From contig OZ024753.1 of assembly GCA_964016885.1 (NCBI GenBank), forward strand, positions 32,984,001 through 33,048,000: a DNA stretch of 64,000 bases. The letters are read 5' to 3'. The notes beneath the pieces are model-generated. The model ran no database searches, had not been told where the DNA came from, and saw only the letters and a list, made by a program, of their open reading frames with translations. Both the position numbers and the translations under genes were made by a program. Shown here piece by piece: positions 14,521 to 27,290 of the stretch (position 1 is its first letter; each line of letters starts with the position of its first letter). The stretch comes from Eledone cirrhosa. Its lineage: Eukaryota.

Positions 14521-16452
14521 ATGGCATTGAGAAGTCCACACTTCAACCTGAAAGATCACAAATCTAACTTTAACTCTAATCCTTCTATTAGACTTATATG
14601 TCCCTCCAAATCAGATATTGGAATAATTAGCAAAAAAATTTTAGATAGAGTCATCCCACAAATAAGAAAATACGTTATTTTACCACTCTGGGAAAACACC
14701 TCCCAGGTAATTAATTGGTTTAAAAATATTAGGTGTAAATCTTCTGCTTCTTTCCTACAGTTTGATATAGATAATTATTATTCTTCTATATCACCCATAC
14801 TCCTGAACAAAGCATTAATATTTGCTAAAAATAGATCTAGTTTAACTTCGGATGACATTAACATTATTACACATGCTAGACAAACACTTATTGAATTTCA
14901 GAGTGAATACTGGACCAGAAACACTTATAGTAATCTTTTTGATATTACTATGGGTTCAAGCGATTCTGCCCAAATTACTGATCTTGTGGGCCTCTTTCTC
15001 CTTTTCAACATAAATGCCTCTTTTCCCCACCTCAAAGGTGGTTTATATCGTGATGACTGTCTTCTTCTTTCTAACAACCTTAGCCTTTCAGAAATCGAAA
15101 AAAACAAAAAGCATATTAGAACTTTCCTTAAAGACTATTATAATCTTAATATTACTTTTGAAAAAACAAGTAAAGTAGTAAATTTCCTAGATATAACTTT
15201 AGATTTAGCTACGGGTATATACCAACCTTACCATAAACCTAACCAAAACTTACATTACATACACTCACAATCTAATCACCCTAAATCTATCCTTAAAAAC
15301 CTTGCATATAATATATCACTTAGAATTTCTAACCTTTCTTCTAACCAAGATGTATTTGATAAAAATGCGACCTTTTATAATGAAGCTCTATATAGAAGTG
15401 GCCACAAAAATAGATTAGAGTATATACCTTCTACTAAAAATACTGAAAGCATACAGCATAATATTACCAACAAACACCAAATGAAAAGTACACACCTAAA
15501 TGCCACCCACAGTATACCCCAAAATACTAAATCTTTTAATATAAAGTATAGTAACCCTCAAAAAACTACTCATCATAAGACTATAATAAATATTAATAAT
15601 AAAACTCCTAATAAAAAAGATAAAACACCTAAATCTACAAATATAACTAAAAATAGTTGTGGTGGGATCATTAACATTATTCCTCCTAGTAAAAATCATG
15701 ATACAACATATAAAAATAATAATAATAATAAACAACATAGAAACCGTAATAGACGAGTTACTTGGTATAATGCTCCTTTTAATTTACAAGTTAAGGATAA
15801 TATTGCTAAAAAATTTTTTTATATCCTTGAGAAAAACTTCCCGCCAAACCACAAATACCATCAAATCTTAAATAGGTCTACAGTTAAATTCTCATATTCT
15901 ACAACAAATAACATAAAACAAAATATAAGTGCATATAATGCATATAAGTGTAAGAAAACTATAAGTATACCACCAGTACATCAAATTAACAATAATATCT
16001 CCTCAAATACAGAATTAACGAAAGGATGTAACTGTAGAAACAAAACAAACTGCCCATTAAAAGGGAATTGTCTTGTTAACAACATAGTCTATAAATGTAA
16101 TGTTAAAACTAAAGATTCTATTTGCTCATATATAGGAGCTACCTCTAACAATTTTAAGACAAGATATAATACCCACAAACATAGCTTTAAAAATGCCGCA
16201 CTGGCTAATACAACATCTCTAGCAGAAAAAATCAATAGTTATAAAAATAAAAATATAAAATATGATTTGACCTGGAGTGTACTCAAAAGAGCCACCCCTT
16301 ATCAAAATAATAGAAAGGAATGTAGATTATGTTCCCAAGAACTATTTGAAATAATGAAGTCTAGGGATATCTTATTAAATAAAAGACAGGAATTAATTAT
16401 ATCGTGTAATCATAAACTAAAAAAAACATTTAAATATTATAAACCTAATTAA
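14521..16452 (+). CDS. Penelope-like retroelement polyprotein (reverse transcriptase + Cys linker + GIY-YIG endonuclease), 5'-truncated, Naiad-like
   Basis: An uninterrupted ~643 aa ORF with RT motifs LKDHKSNF..RLICPSKSDIG, FDIDNYYSSI, MGSSDSAQITDLVG, GLYRDD, FLDITLDL and SNHP. It also has the linker CNCx5CPLxGxC and the endonuclease IVY...YIGAT...FKTRY..HK, CRLC..E, LLNKR..C.H. The first 9 ORF-track residues are (TA)n read-through. Confidence 0.95.
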   Translation: MALRSPHFNLKDHKSNFNSNPSIRLICPSKSDIGIISKKILDRVIPQIRKYVILPLWENTSQVINWFKNIRCKSSASFLQFDIDNYYSSISPILLNKALIFAKNRSSLTSDDINIITHARQTLIEFQSEYWTRNTYSNLFDITMGSSDSAQITDLVGLFLLFNINASFPHLKGGLYRDDCLLLSNNLSLSEIEKNKKHIRTFLKDYYNLNITFEKTSKVVNFLDITLDLATGIYQPYHKPNQNLHYIHSQSNHPKSILKNLAYNISLRISNLSSNQDVFDKNATFYNEALYRSGHKNRLEYIPSTKNTESIQHNITNKHQMKSTHLNATHSIPQNTKSFNIKYSNPQKTTHHKTIININNKTPNKKDKTPKSTNITKNSCGGIINIIPPSKNHDTTYKNNNNNKQHRNRNRRVTWYNAPFNLQVKDNIAKKFFYILEKNFPPNHKYHQILNRSTVKFSYSTTNNIKQNISAYNAYKCKKTISIPPVHQINNNISSNTELTKGCNCRNKTNCPLKGNCLVNNIVYKCNVKTKDSICSYIGATSNNFKTRYNTHKHSFKNAALANTTSLAEKINSYKNKNIKYDLTWSVLKRATPYQNNRKECRLCSQELFEIMKSRDILLNKRQELIISCNHKLKKTFKYYKPN

Positions 16453-18242
16453 TAACATTATTCTAGAATTTAATTTAATTTAAATGTTAGTTAACCTATA
16501 AATTTAATTTAATTAATATTTTATTACAGATGAGAAAATATTATGTAATCATTAATTTTGAAAAACCTTTAAATATTACTAATATATATTCAGTAATTTA
16601 ATTTATAGATTAATTTTAACTTATTTTAACCTTTTATTATAATTTTTCAATTTAGTTTAACCTTTTATTATAATTTTTTTTTTTTATTATAATTCTTTTA
16701 CAGATAAAATATAACAAAATAATATCATGTATCCTATGACGGAGAAAGAATTTTTAGTATTATTGACCTAATTAATATACATTTTGGAAATATATTTATT
16801 ATTTGGTTTTAGCTTTAATCAACCTAAAACTTTAATTTTAACTTTAATTTGCTTAAAATTAGTATCCTTGTACAGACGAATTGCAGAATGTCATGTAATC
16901 ATAGAATGGGAGGTGTTTTTGGATATATACCTAGTTAATATATTCTGTGCAAAATTTTTTGAAAAAGATATGTATATCTATATGTATATGTATATGTGTG
17001 TGTTGTATGTGTATCTGTATATATATTTATGTGACTATATATGTATGTATGGGTATATATATGTATATATATATATATATATATGTGTATGTATATGTAT
17101 ATGTATGTGTATGTGTATGTATATGTATATGTGTGCGTATTAATTTTGATTTTTATTTGCATATAATTATATTATGCTATTGATGAAATACAATATCTGC
17201 TTTATGTATTGTATACCTAATTAACATATACTAATTAACATATACTATTGAAATAAATATATAATTTTTAACTTAGTTAACATATAATTTATATGCTACT
17301 ACCGATGTAATACTTTATTTTATTTTTATTTGGGTTTCTTTTCCCTATTACTAAATTCATCTCCTAATATTGATACCATAACGTTATTAACTTTAATTTA
17401 GTTATAATGTAATTAATAATCTACTACTGTTTGACTTCATAATTCTGCCTCAAATATTATAAACCTAACTAATTTACACCTTGGAAATCAATATGTTGAC
17501 TATCTTTGGTTTAGTTGACATATGATTAATAGTATACTTTTTTATTTTGTGATGCATAGATTTCGTATTTCCTAGCACTGAAAATATGTAAGAACATACA
17601 TTGAATTAAGATATGGAAAATATTATATATTTCTTGAAACATATATTTACTTTGATCCCCTTCTCCAAACCCCCCCTTTCCCCCATACTATTATCATCTG
17701 TTTTTGTAAGTGTATATGTATGAATATATGTGTAGATGGGTGTCTATATAGTTTTTTTTGGTATTTATTTCTAAATATAAAAATACATATATGAGCATGT
17801 AAATATGAATGTAAGATTGAGTGTGTATATATGATTGTACATACATATGTATGTATATATATGTATATATATGTATTATATATGTACGTGTATGTGAATG
17901 TGTGGTATGTATATGTGTATGTATATGTATATATGTGTGTGTATGTGTATGCTTGTATATAGGAATATATATGTGTGTATATATGTATATATATGTATAT
18001 GCGTGTTTGTATGTACGTGTATATGGGTTCTGTATATATTTGTATGTCTCTCTATTTATATGTTTATCTTCGTATCTATGTGATATATGTGTGTGTGTGT
18101 GTACGTATGCATATGTATGAGTTTGTGTGTGTTTGTATGTGTGTGTGTATGTATATATATATGTGTTTGCGCACACTCACATACACATATATATATATAT
18201 ATATATATATGTGAGTGTGTATGTGTGTCTGTATGTGTGTGC

Positions 18243-18280
<38 letters not shown>

Positions 18281-18310
18281 GTGTATGTATGTGTATGTGT
18301 GTGTATATAG

Positions 18311-18344
<34 letters not shown>

Positions 18345-18489
18345 ATGTGTATATAGGTGTCTATGTGTGAATATATGTCTTTATTCGTATGTGTGTATTT
18401 ATATATGTTTATATTTAGGTGTATGTATGTATGTGTATGTATGTATGTATGTGTATGTATGTGTATGTATGTGTATATATGTGTGTATA

Positions 18490-18536
<47 letters not shown>

Positions 18537-18747
18537 CTTTATTATTATTGTAATATAACTTATGTGTATATGTGTATAAGTGAGGTTGTGTATGTATATA
18601 TACTATGTGTATATATAAGAGTAATGAAATATATATATATATATATATATGTGCATGTCTGTATTTTATGTGTGTGTGTGTATATATATATGTGTATGTG
18701 TGTATATATGTATGTATATATACATATGTGTGTACGTGTGTGTATGT

Positions 18748-18798
<51 letters not shown>

Positions 18799-18907
18799 TG
18801 GATGTTTGTATGTGTTTTTATGGTGGTATGAGTGTGTGATATATATGTTTGTGTATAAATGTATGTATGTGTATGTATATATATATGAGTCTACGTGTGT
18901 GTGTATA

Positions 18908-18952
<45 letters not shown>

Positions 18953-19725
18953 ATGTATGTATGTGTTGCGCGTGTGTGTGTCCGTATTTATATCTTTTTA
19001 TATGTGTATGTGTATGTTCGTGTAAATGTATGTGTGTGTATGACAATATAGGTATGTGTGTATATATGTATCTATAGATATCTCTATGTGCGCGTACATG
19101 TATGTATGTGTATGTATATCTGTATGCGTATGTACATTATATTATATGTATTATATTTTATTGCTTTTATTCTTTTATTTTTCATAATTTATAGATACAT
19201 TTATATTAAGGTTGTCTGGTCTGACAGTCTAATACTGACCCCTCCCCCCCCCCCCTCCCACCTAATTTCTGTATCTTGATCTTGAAATGTGTGTACCAGT
19301 GTGTTTATGTGAGTGACTTAATTTCTATTTGCTTATGATTTTATATCCACATATATAAATGTGAGTGGGGGAGTGTGTGTGTTTGTGTGTTCGTGGTTAT
19401 GTGTATATTTATATATATACGCACATGTATGTGTGATTATACTGATATGTGTGAGTATGAAAAAAATATATTTATATGCTTGACTCCATAAGTATCATTG
19501 CGTATCTTATCAGCGCATTAAGCTTACAGAGATATTAACCTTGAAATTTTTTTATTTGCATCCATCTTTTTAGTATGCACATACAGATTATACACACATT
19601 ATTGTAAAATGTGTGTGGGGTTTTACATGTATATACACACACCAAACTGCTTTTTAACCCTTTGTGTTTTCATTGGTCAATTTTGAACTGATATTTTGAA
19701 TTGTTGTTATTATCAATAAATATAC

Positions 19726-19880
19726 TTCATTATTTCTGAAGACGGCGTATATATGAGTTAGGTATGTATATTTAATCTTGATAATTTGTATAATTTTGTA
19801 TAATTTTGTACATAGATCTGTTAAATATGTATACCAATTATAACACATATATACCCTAGAAACGATCGTTAAATAGTGAA
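19726..19880 (+). ncRNA. Type I hammerhead ribozyme with very long stem II
   Basis: Reads ttcattattt CTGAAGA [116-nt hairpin] GAAA cgatcg TT aaatagtgaa. Stem I is 10 bp (one G-U), stem III is the palindrome aacgatcgtt, and cleavage is predicted after 19870. Confidence 0.85.
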
Positions 19881-20230
19881 CTTTTTTTGTTTAATATAAG
19901 GAATTGTTTGTTCATTATTTGTTTAATATTTTATCTTGACTCTGTATACCGTTCATCTTTCACCGAAATTGGATTTTCATTACATCTCTTCTTTCCATGA
20001 TATCCGGAATACATTGAGTTCTTCATACGGATTGGACACTACCGTAAACTCTTGGTAGATTTATCTACATATATATATATATATATATATATATGGGGGG
20101 GGGGGTTATATAGTGAGCGAGAGAGACACCTACATACTAGTGTGTGTGTATGTGTATATATATATATGTGCGTGTGTATGTGTATATATATATATGTGCG
20201 TGTGTATGTGTATATATATATATGTGCGTG

Positions 20231-20278
<48 letters not shown>

Positions 20279-20594
20279 TGTATATATATAAATATACATA
20301 TATATGTGTATATATATATATATTTGTGTGTATATATATATGTGTGTATATATATATGTGTATGTATATATGTATATATATATATATGTGTATGTATATA
20401 TGTATATAAATATGTGTGTGTATATATACATGTGTGTGTGTATATATATATACATATGAATATATATATATATATATATATATATACAAATGTGTATATA
20501 TATATACATGTGTGTGTGTGTGTGTGTATATATATATGTGTATGTATATATGCACTTGTCGTCACATGGTACCATGGGCCCAGCATTATGTGTC

Positions 20595-20740
20595 AATAAT
20601 TGTCACAAGTGTAGTGTTTGTACCAAAGTTTTCAAGTCGCTGGCTGGACTAAAAATCACACTCGTTCAGCCCATTGGTAGGGGTTCTCCTACATGGATAT
20701 AAAGTAGTGGCCGTACTCGAAAACTAGTTGGCAGCCACCG
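20595..20740 (+). mobile_element. 3' fragment of an RTE-like LINE with C-terminal C2H2 zinc finger
   Basis: Reads KCSVCTKVFKSLAGLK-(frameshift)-HTRSAH, followed by a short UTR and a microsatellite. Confidence 0.5.
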
Positions 20741-20853
20741 TATGTATATATGTATATTTATATATGTGTATGTATATATGTATATACATATGTATGTGTA
20801 TATATGTGTGTGTGCATATATATATACATATGAATATATATATATATATATAC

Positions 20854-20891
<38 letters not shown>

Positions 20892-20949
20892 GTGTATATA
20901 TATATATATATATACATATGTATATATATATATACATATATATATATAC

Positions 20950-21060
<111 letters not shown>

Positions 21061-21090
21061 GGTGTATATATATATATATATATACATATG

Positions 21091-21121
<31 letters not shown>

Positions 21122-21122
21122 G

Positions 21123-21204
<82 letters not shown>

Positions 21205-21336
21205 CATATGTGCGTGTATATATATATATATATGTGTGCATATGTGCATGTATATATATATATGCGTGTGCATATGTGCGTGTATATATATATGCGTGTG
21301 CATATGTGCGTGTATATATATATGTGTGTGTGTGTT

Positions 21337-21367
<31 letters not shown>

Positions 21368-21873
21368 TTGTGTAGTGTGGGTGTGTATAATATACATATA
21401 TATATGTGCACGCATGCATACACTCTCCAGGCTTTATAGCGCACCTGATAGACACCTCTTTTCTTGTACATATTTAGGTGAATTCCATTGTAAATGTTCT
21501 GTGTATGTCAAAATGTTGAACAGTTTAGTTCCACATTAGAAAAAAACCATCTGTTCTCCAACGAATTCTTCGAACTTCAATTCGCAAACAATCAACTGTT
21601 TTTATTACGAAATCGTTGCTATTTTATTCTATTTAATAGATTTGTTTGTTTATGTTTTGTTTTTTGTATGACTATAGATTATTGATTAATTCGTTGTAAA
21701 TAGTAGTGTGTGAAACTTTCGATAAATTAACAGCGAAATCAACAAAGAGAATTAATAAGTAAAATATTGGTAGGCGTATGAAATATTTCACTCATGGCAT
21801 ATATACACGTATGTATGTATGTATGTACGCATGTGTGTATTCGTTAGTGTGCGTGAGTGTGTGAGTGTTTATG

Positions 21874-21925
<52 letters not shown>

Positions 21926-23699
21926 TATATTACATATATATATATATATATATATAAGAATATGTGCATGTATATAGATACGTACATACATACTCTAGAA
22001 ATGGTATAATTGCTAATAGATGTTATAAAAGTGATCGTTCTCTTCAATCTCTCATATATCTAATACTATATATCAGGCGGTAGACTAATTGGAGTGAGGG
22101 CAGGCATGATCCGCCCTAAATACAGTGCCAGATAATAGCAAATAATGATTGTGTTTGTTCAATGAAATAAATAGACGAAGTGAATGAATAATCTTTAACA
22201 AAAATCCTGTGATTAATATCTTTGCTTTTCGATTTGAAAACATTTTACGGTTTGAAATTTAAATACGATTTAGGTAGACATTAACCTTCGTCCTTTATAC
22301 GTCGATAAATTATACTGTTGTCAAATCTTTGGGTCGATGTCATCAACGATACCCTCCCAGTAACTACGATGCCTTCAGACAAAATTAGAAGCCATTGTTA
22401 TCACAAAGAATAGGAGATTGGCAAAATCTTGTGTAGGATGAGAGAATGGCTGTAGATTGGTAAACCAGATAGAAAGGTGGGTAACATGGGGATTGACTTG
22501 GCAAATTTGAAAGACTGCCGGACACAATTGCGATGTATTAGGATAATTACAAGGTATAATCTTGGTGCATTTTTCCAAATCGGTAGACAGGTGGAAACAA
22601 ACGTTAGTATATTAGGAGAATCGGAAAAAGCATGAAAAAAATGATGATGCAGAATCGTTAGAACGATACTTAAAATGCAACGTTGTACTTAGTTACTGTT
22701 GATGAAGTTCTGAGATCCAATTCCACTGAGATTGCCTTTGCCTTTCACCCCTTTGTTTTCGATCAAATTAAATGCCAGTCGCATACTGAAGTCAATGCCA
22801 TGTGCTATATTGCGCTGCTGCACCCTCTCCAGAAACATCTGTTGTGAATGTTCGAAATGAATGTTTTTACATTCTCAAAACATTGCCCTCTAACAAGTGA
22901 ATAAAGGAAGCTGTGCTGAACTATCAATGAAAATATTTCGTATTTCAGTTTCGGTTGAAGTGATGGAAGAAGGCTCAACAGTATTTCAAACTTTACTATC
23001 AACGTAACTGGGGCTATTTTTAAGCAAAAATTGAGTATCTACATTATCCCATGTAATACTACATTATCCCATGTGTCGTTTCCGTTTTTAAGATATTTGA
23101 ATGGATGTTGGCTGTTATTTCCAGTAGGAAAAATACGCGAATACGCACAAGGTGTCACCACCCCTTATTGTATTTAAGAGGGTATGATGTAATTTAATAG
23201 AATGTTAGCTGCTATTTCTCTCATAGAGGCTTGTTCGCTCTTACCCTTTAAATACGGTATGGTATCATCTGAAGGACTCAAGGTTGCTATTTATAGTATG
23301 TCTATCAACTTCATTGAAGCTCCTTTGCTGATTGGTAAATTCTGGTAGGATCGATCTATTGAAATTTTTCGCCAGGTATTTCATCGAACGCATTTAAATG
23401 AAAAATTAATCGTTATTCGATACCACCAAACATATGGTGCCTTCTATGACACTAGCACGTAACATATGACACACGTTGTATTTACTAGCTCCAATCAGTT
23501 ATAATTGTAAATAGAATAACATATCGGCAACTCTCGCCTCCCAAATTAGAACAGTCAAAGATACGCCTGTAACTATGCGAAACGAACTTCTTAACCATAC
23601 AACTTAGCTAGCATTTCTAGCATTTATGTCAAACATATTTACTATTGTTATTAACTAGAATTGTTACATCTGCTAATTATATTGTTATATTTTGTATAA

Positions 23700-24010
23700 T
23701 ACTTGTTTCTACTTTTGGCACAAGGCCAGCAATTACCCAGTGCATTACTGGTACTTTATTTTATCGACCCGTAAGGATGAAAGGCAAAGTTGAATGATTT
23801 CTTATATAGGCACAAGGCGAGCAATTTTTTTTTTTTGGGGGGGGGGGCGATTAAATCGACCCCAGTGCATTATTGGTGTTTTATATTATCAATCCCGTGA
23901 GGATGAAAGGTAAAGCTAACCTCGGTAGGATTTGAACTCAGAACATAAAGGGCCTAACTATATGCTGCAAAGCATGGTGTCTGACGCTCTACTGATACTG
24001 CCAAACCAAA
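23700..24010 (-). mobile_element. Tandem SINE family A copies
   Basis: A truncated short-variant copy is followed by a long-variant copy with the family core and head. Confidence 0.85.
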
Positions 24011-24029
24011 TTGTTTGATTAAGGGACAA

Positions 24030-24341
24030 GGCCAAGAAGGCAAAGAAGAAGAAGACAAAGAAGAAGAAGAAGACAAAGGAGAAGAAGGCAAAGAAGAAGA
24101 AGGCCAAGAAGAAGAAGAAGAAGAAGAAGAAAGCCAAGAAGAAGAGGAATAAGAGGAAGAAGGCAAAGAGGAAGAAGGCAAAGAAGAAGAAAAAAGAAAA
24201 AGAAGAAAAAGAAGGCGAAGAAGAAGAAAAAGAAGAAAAAGAAGAAAAAGAAGAAAAAGAAGAAAAAGAAGAAAAAGAAAAAGAAGAAAAAGAAGAAAAA
24301 GAAAAAAAAGAAGAAAAGGAAGAAAAGGAAGAAAAAGAAGA

Positions 24342-24372
<31 letters not shown>

Positions 24373-24395
24373 AAAGGCAAAGAAGAAGAAGAAAT
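24030..24395. repeat. Degenerate (GAA)n/(GAAGAAAAA)n polypurine tract
   Basis: About 365 nt of near-pure purine triplets. The overlapping poly-S/F ORFs are artefacts. Confidence 0.95.
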
Positions 24396-24419
24396 CAAAT
24401 GCTTTTTAATGACATCAAC

Positions 24420-27290
24420 AGCTGTGTCACATTTTATTCTTAAAGGTCAATTGTTACACCTATCAATGAAAAATATAGACGTTGACAGTTGAAGTGATTC
24501 AGGAAGTGTAGACAATTTTATTTGCACCTATCCTCTCATTAATATGAAATTGCCTATTGAATCTACTTCTTTTATAGTTACTATGGCTTCTCCGACATAC
24601 ATAGAAAAGCAACACCATGTTTGACTATTTCTGATGTTAGTTTTAATGACATTATAATAATATCATGTTTTTTTTAACAATGAATAATGGGTGTGTAACT
24701 TGCTTGTCTGTGAAAAATATTATTATATATACTTCAAATACGTGCCTTAATACCAAGGCTTAGAAGTATTCCTCAAAACTTTAATGGTTGTGATAAAAAT
24801 TGTTAATCTATCATTATACGCAATTGATTATATATTGAAAAAGAAAAACAAATTTTGAAAACTAATCGCGGATTTATTGATGCGTTATTACCAGCCAACT
24901 TTTCTCAAAAACTTGGATGAAACGCAAAGTTGACCTCGGCATGATCTAGATTCAGATCACGCCGAGGTCAACTTTGCCTTTCATCCATTCGGTGTCGATA
25001 AAGAAAGTACCAGTCAAGTACTGGGGTCGATTATTCCTCTATATCACTTTATCACTTCCATTCTCTCACTCTCTGGAGAAAATATGCTGTATTCAGATGG
25101 ACACTGCCGGGATTAAAAAGAGTGCCCTGGAAACGGCGTATTTCAATATAGCGACCCTACGCCACCCTCAAGAGTTAAGGGACCATGCATACATTGTCTA
25201 CCTTGACTACGTAGGATCACATCTCTTATCTTGAATGTTTAATATCCCCATTAGTAAATAATATCTACAAATACCAATTTGTTTTTAGCAGATTGGACTT
25301 ACAACGACTATATTAACAAGTCCCACTGAATATTGAACATCGGCCTCTTATGACATTTAAAGGTAATCGAACTCGATATCAGTTTTGTATAATACTTTTG
25401 GGTAGAAGAATTCTACTGAAAAAATAACTGATAACATAATTACTGTTAATGATCTAAATGTAACATTTACTTATATTGATGATGTTATCGTAAGTGGAGC
25501 AAGGATAGAGGAAAATATTGATCAATTCAATAAGGCTATCAAAAACAATCAATTTTTGTTTGAATGATAAGTGCTTATATAGCACGTAAACTATCCATTT
25601 TCTGGGATAAAACGTCTCTTATAGAACTCTGAAGTCAAACCCCAAAAGGCTACACGTATTAAGAAATTATATTCCCTTTCTTATAATAATTGTTTGTTTT
25701 TACATTTGCCCAATGCCAGCAATTTGAAGGGAAGGGGAAAGTCAATTAAATCGACCCCGTGCGTGACTGGTACTTAATTTATCGACCTGTATGGATGAAA
25801 TGCAAAGCTAACATCGGTGGGATTTGTACTCAGAACGTAAAGGGTCGTAACTATGCTGCGAAGGAGGGTGTCCTAGGCTCTACCAATACTATCAATCCAC
25901 AGCCCTCCTTCCTCCTAATAATAATTTTAAAAGACTCCGTACGATGTTGTTGATGGCTTTCTATTATACATCCAGGTGGGTTCCACATCATTTCTCATTA
26001 CTCTTTAACAGAATCAATAAAATTTGATGTCAATACTTTCAAATCTTGTGTTGTTTAAGTTAAACCTCTAGCAATTAATGAACCTGTAATATTTGTACTT
26101 CTAATGGATTCCACTAGGGGAGGGGAGCATATCCGCCATATTCTTACGTAAAATCATTTTATAAATTATTTTCCAAGAACATTAACTACTCAGGAAAAAA
26201 ATACAACCCTCAATTGAACGAGAAGCATCAGCCATTAATGAAAGAGTCAGAAAGTGGTGCCAACGGTTAATTGCAAAACCTTTCCAGCTATTAACATATC
26301 AGGAAGCCATTAATTATATTTTCAACAACAGGCGTTTATCAAAGGTAATTAAAAGAAATAGTCTGTTATATTGTCGGTTGGAATTGTCTGAATACACTTA
26401 TGATCGGGTGCTTGAACCACCTCCCTACATATTGCAATCATGATACAGATGACCATTCACAAAAACGTTCTCAGGGAAGAAGACTGCTTCATTCGCCGCA
26501 TTCTCCCTCACCATACTCTCCGGCAGGTATGTGAAGCAACAACAAATATAAACGTGGTGTTGATTTCAGCGTATATCATTGTTGTTCATATATATGTGCT
26601 TTATCCCTTTCAAATAATAAAACCTAGTTCTCCCTTACCTTTCCTATTTTATGACATTGATTCATCCAGGAAAAGAAAATACGCTTGCTGATGTTTTCTC
26701 AAGAATGTGTTTGCTTCTCAACTCCATGAAAATATTTGCCATTATGATATAATCTTTGAAGAGGTTTTTTTTATCACTACATGGCATACAAACAATTTGC
26801 TTTTAAGCATAAATGATTTAAAGATAGTTCTTATATTAAGCCACAGTCCTTTATCGCTCCAGATTTGCTATTCAACCAATGGAAATATTTCTATTGAATA
26901 CACGAGGACAAAGGATTCGTGTACAAACATAAGCTCATTTTGGTTCTTGCTGATGAGTGCTGAAGATTCATGTGTAGCTATAGTAAGTTTTGCTCACTGA
27001 AAATCCAATTTGTGTGTACAATGCCCGAGGAAATTCATGAGTCTTAAATTTCTTTTTATGAAACTTGTGGCTAAATCATAGCCGCATTGCTCCATACAAT
27101 CCATAAGGAATGTATGAGAACGACATAGTGCCATATTTCGGAAGACTGCGCAGCGACCGTTGACGATTACATATTTTCACATATACTCCAATTATATAAG
27201 TGGAAGTCAATTCTCTCGGAAGCCTTACGTGGTCTCATTAGATGTAATTTCAATAAGATCATATTTAACATCAACTGCATATCATACGAA
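24420..27290 (+). pseudogene. Decayed Ty3/Gypsy pol (protease-RT-RNase H-integrase), interrupted by SINEs
   Basis: Motifs occur in Gypsy order with stops and frameshifts. They are DSGSVDNFI (~24496), FSRLDL..Y*QVPL..EHRPLMTF....YQF (~25283), FTYIDDVIVSG (YIDD 25472-25483), FPRTLTTQEK..IEREASAINERVRKW...KPFQLLT (~26170-26300) and integrase-like APYNP (~27088). Confidence 0.85.
25690..25922 (-). mobile_element. SINE family A copy nested in Gypsy pol
   Basis: The family tail, core and head are present and split the RT-RNase H region. A second SINE piece lies at ~24900-25030. Confidence 0.8.

Larger units (their letters stand above)
14521..20068 (+). mobile_element. Inferred full extent of the Penelope-like insertion, including long microsatellite-rich 3' region and terminal HHR-bearing tail
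   Basis: It begins immediately after (TA)n and ends immediately before (TA)n at 20069. A same-strand HHR lies at 19726-19880, as expected for a Penelope pseudo-LTR. Continuity across 16.5-19.7 kb is inferred. Confidence 0.6.

Noticed and set aside
16453-16800. SECIS element / selenoprotein recoding for the Naiad-like ORF
   Set aside because: The ORF has no in-frame TGA and ends in TAA, and no convincing AUGA..AA..GA kink-turn hairpin was seen.
23954-24398. Ser/Phe-rich or Glu/Lys-rich coding exon
   Set aside because: It is a pure GAA-type repeat abutting a SINE, with no splice or homology support.
26950-27010. CTGATGAG...GAAA as an HHR
   Set aside because: It lies within decayed integrase sequence and stems I and III do not form.
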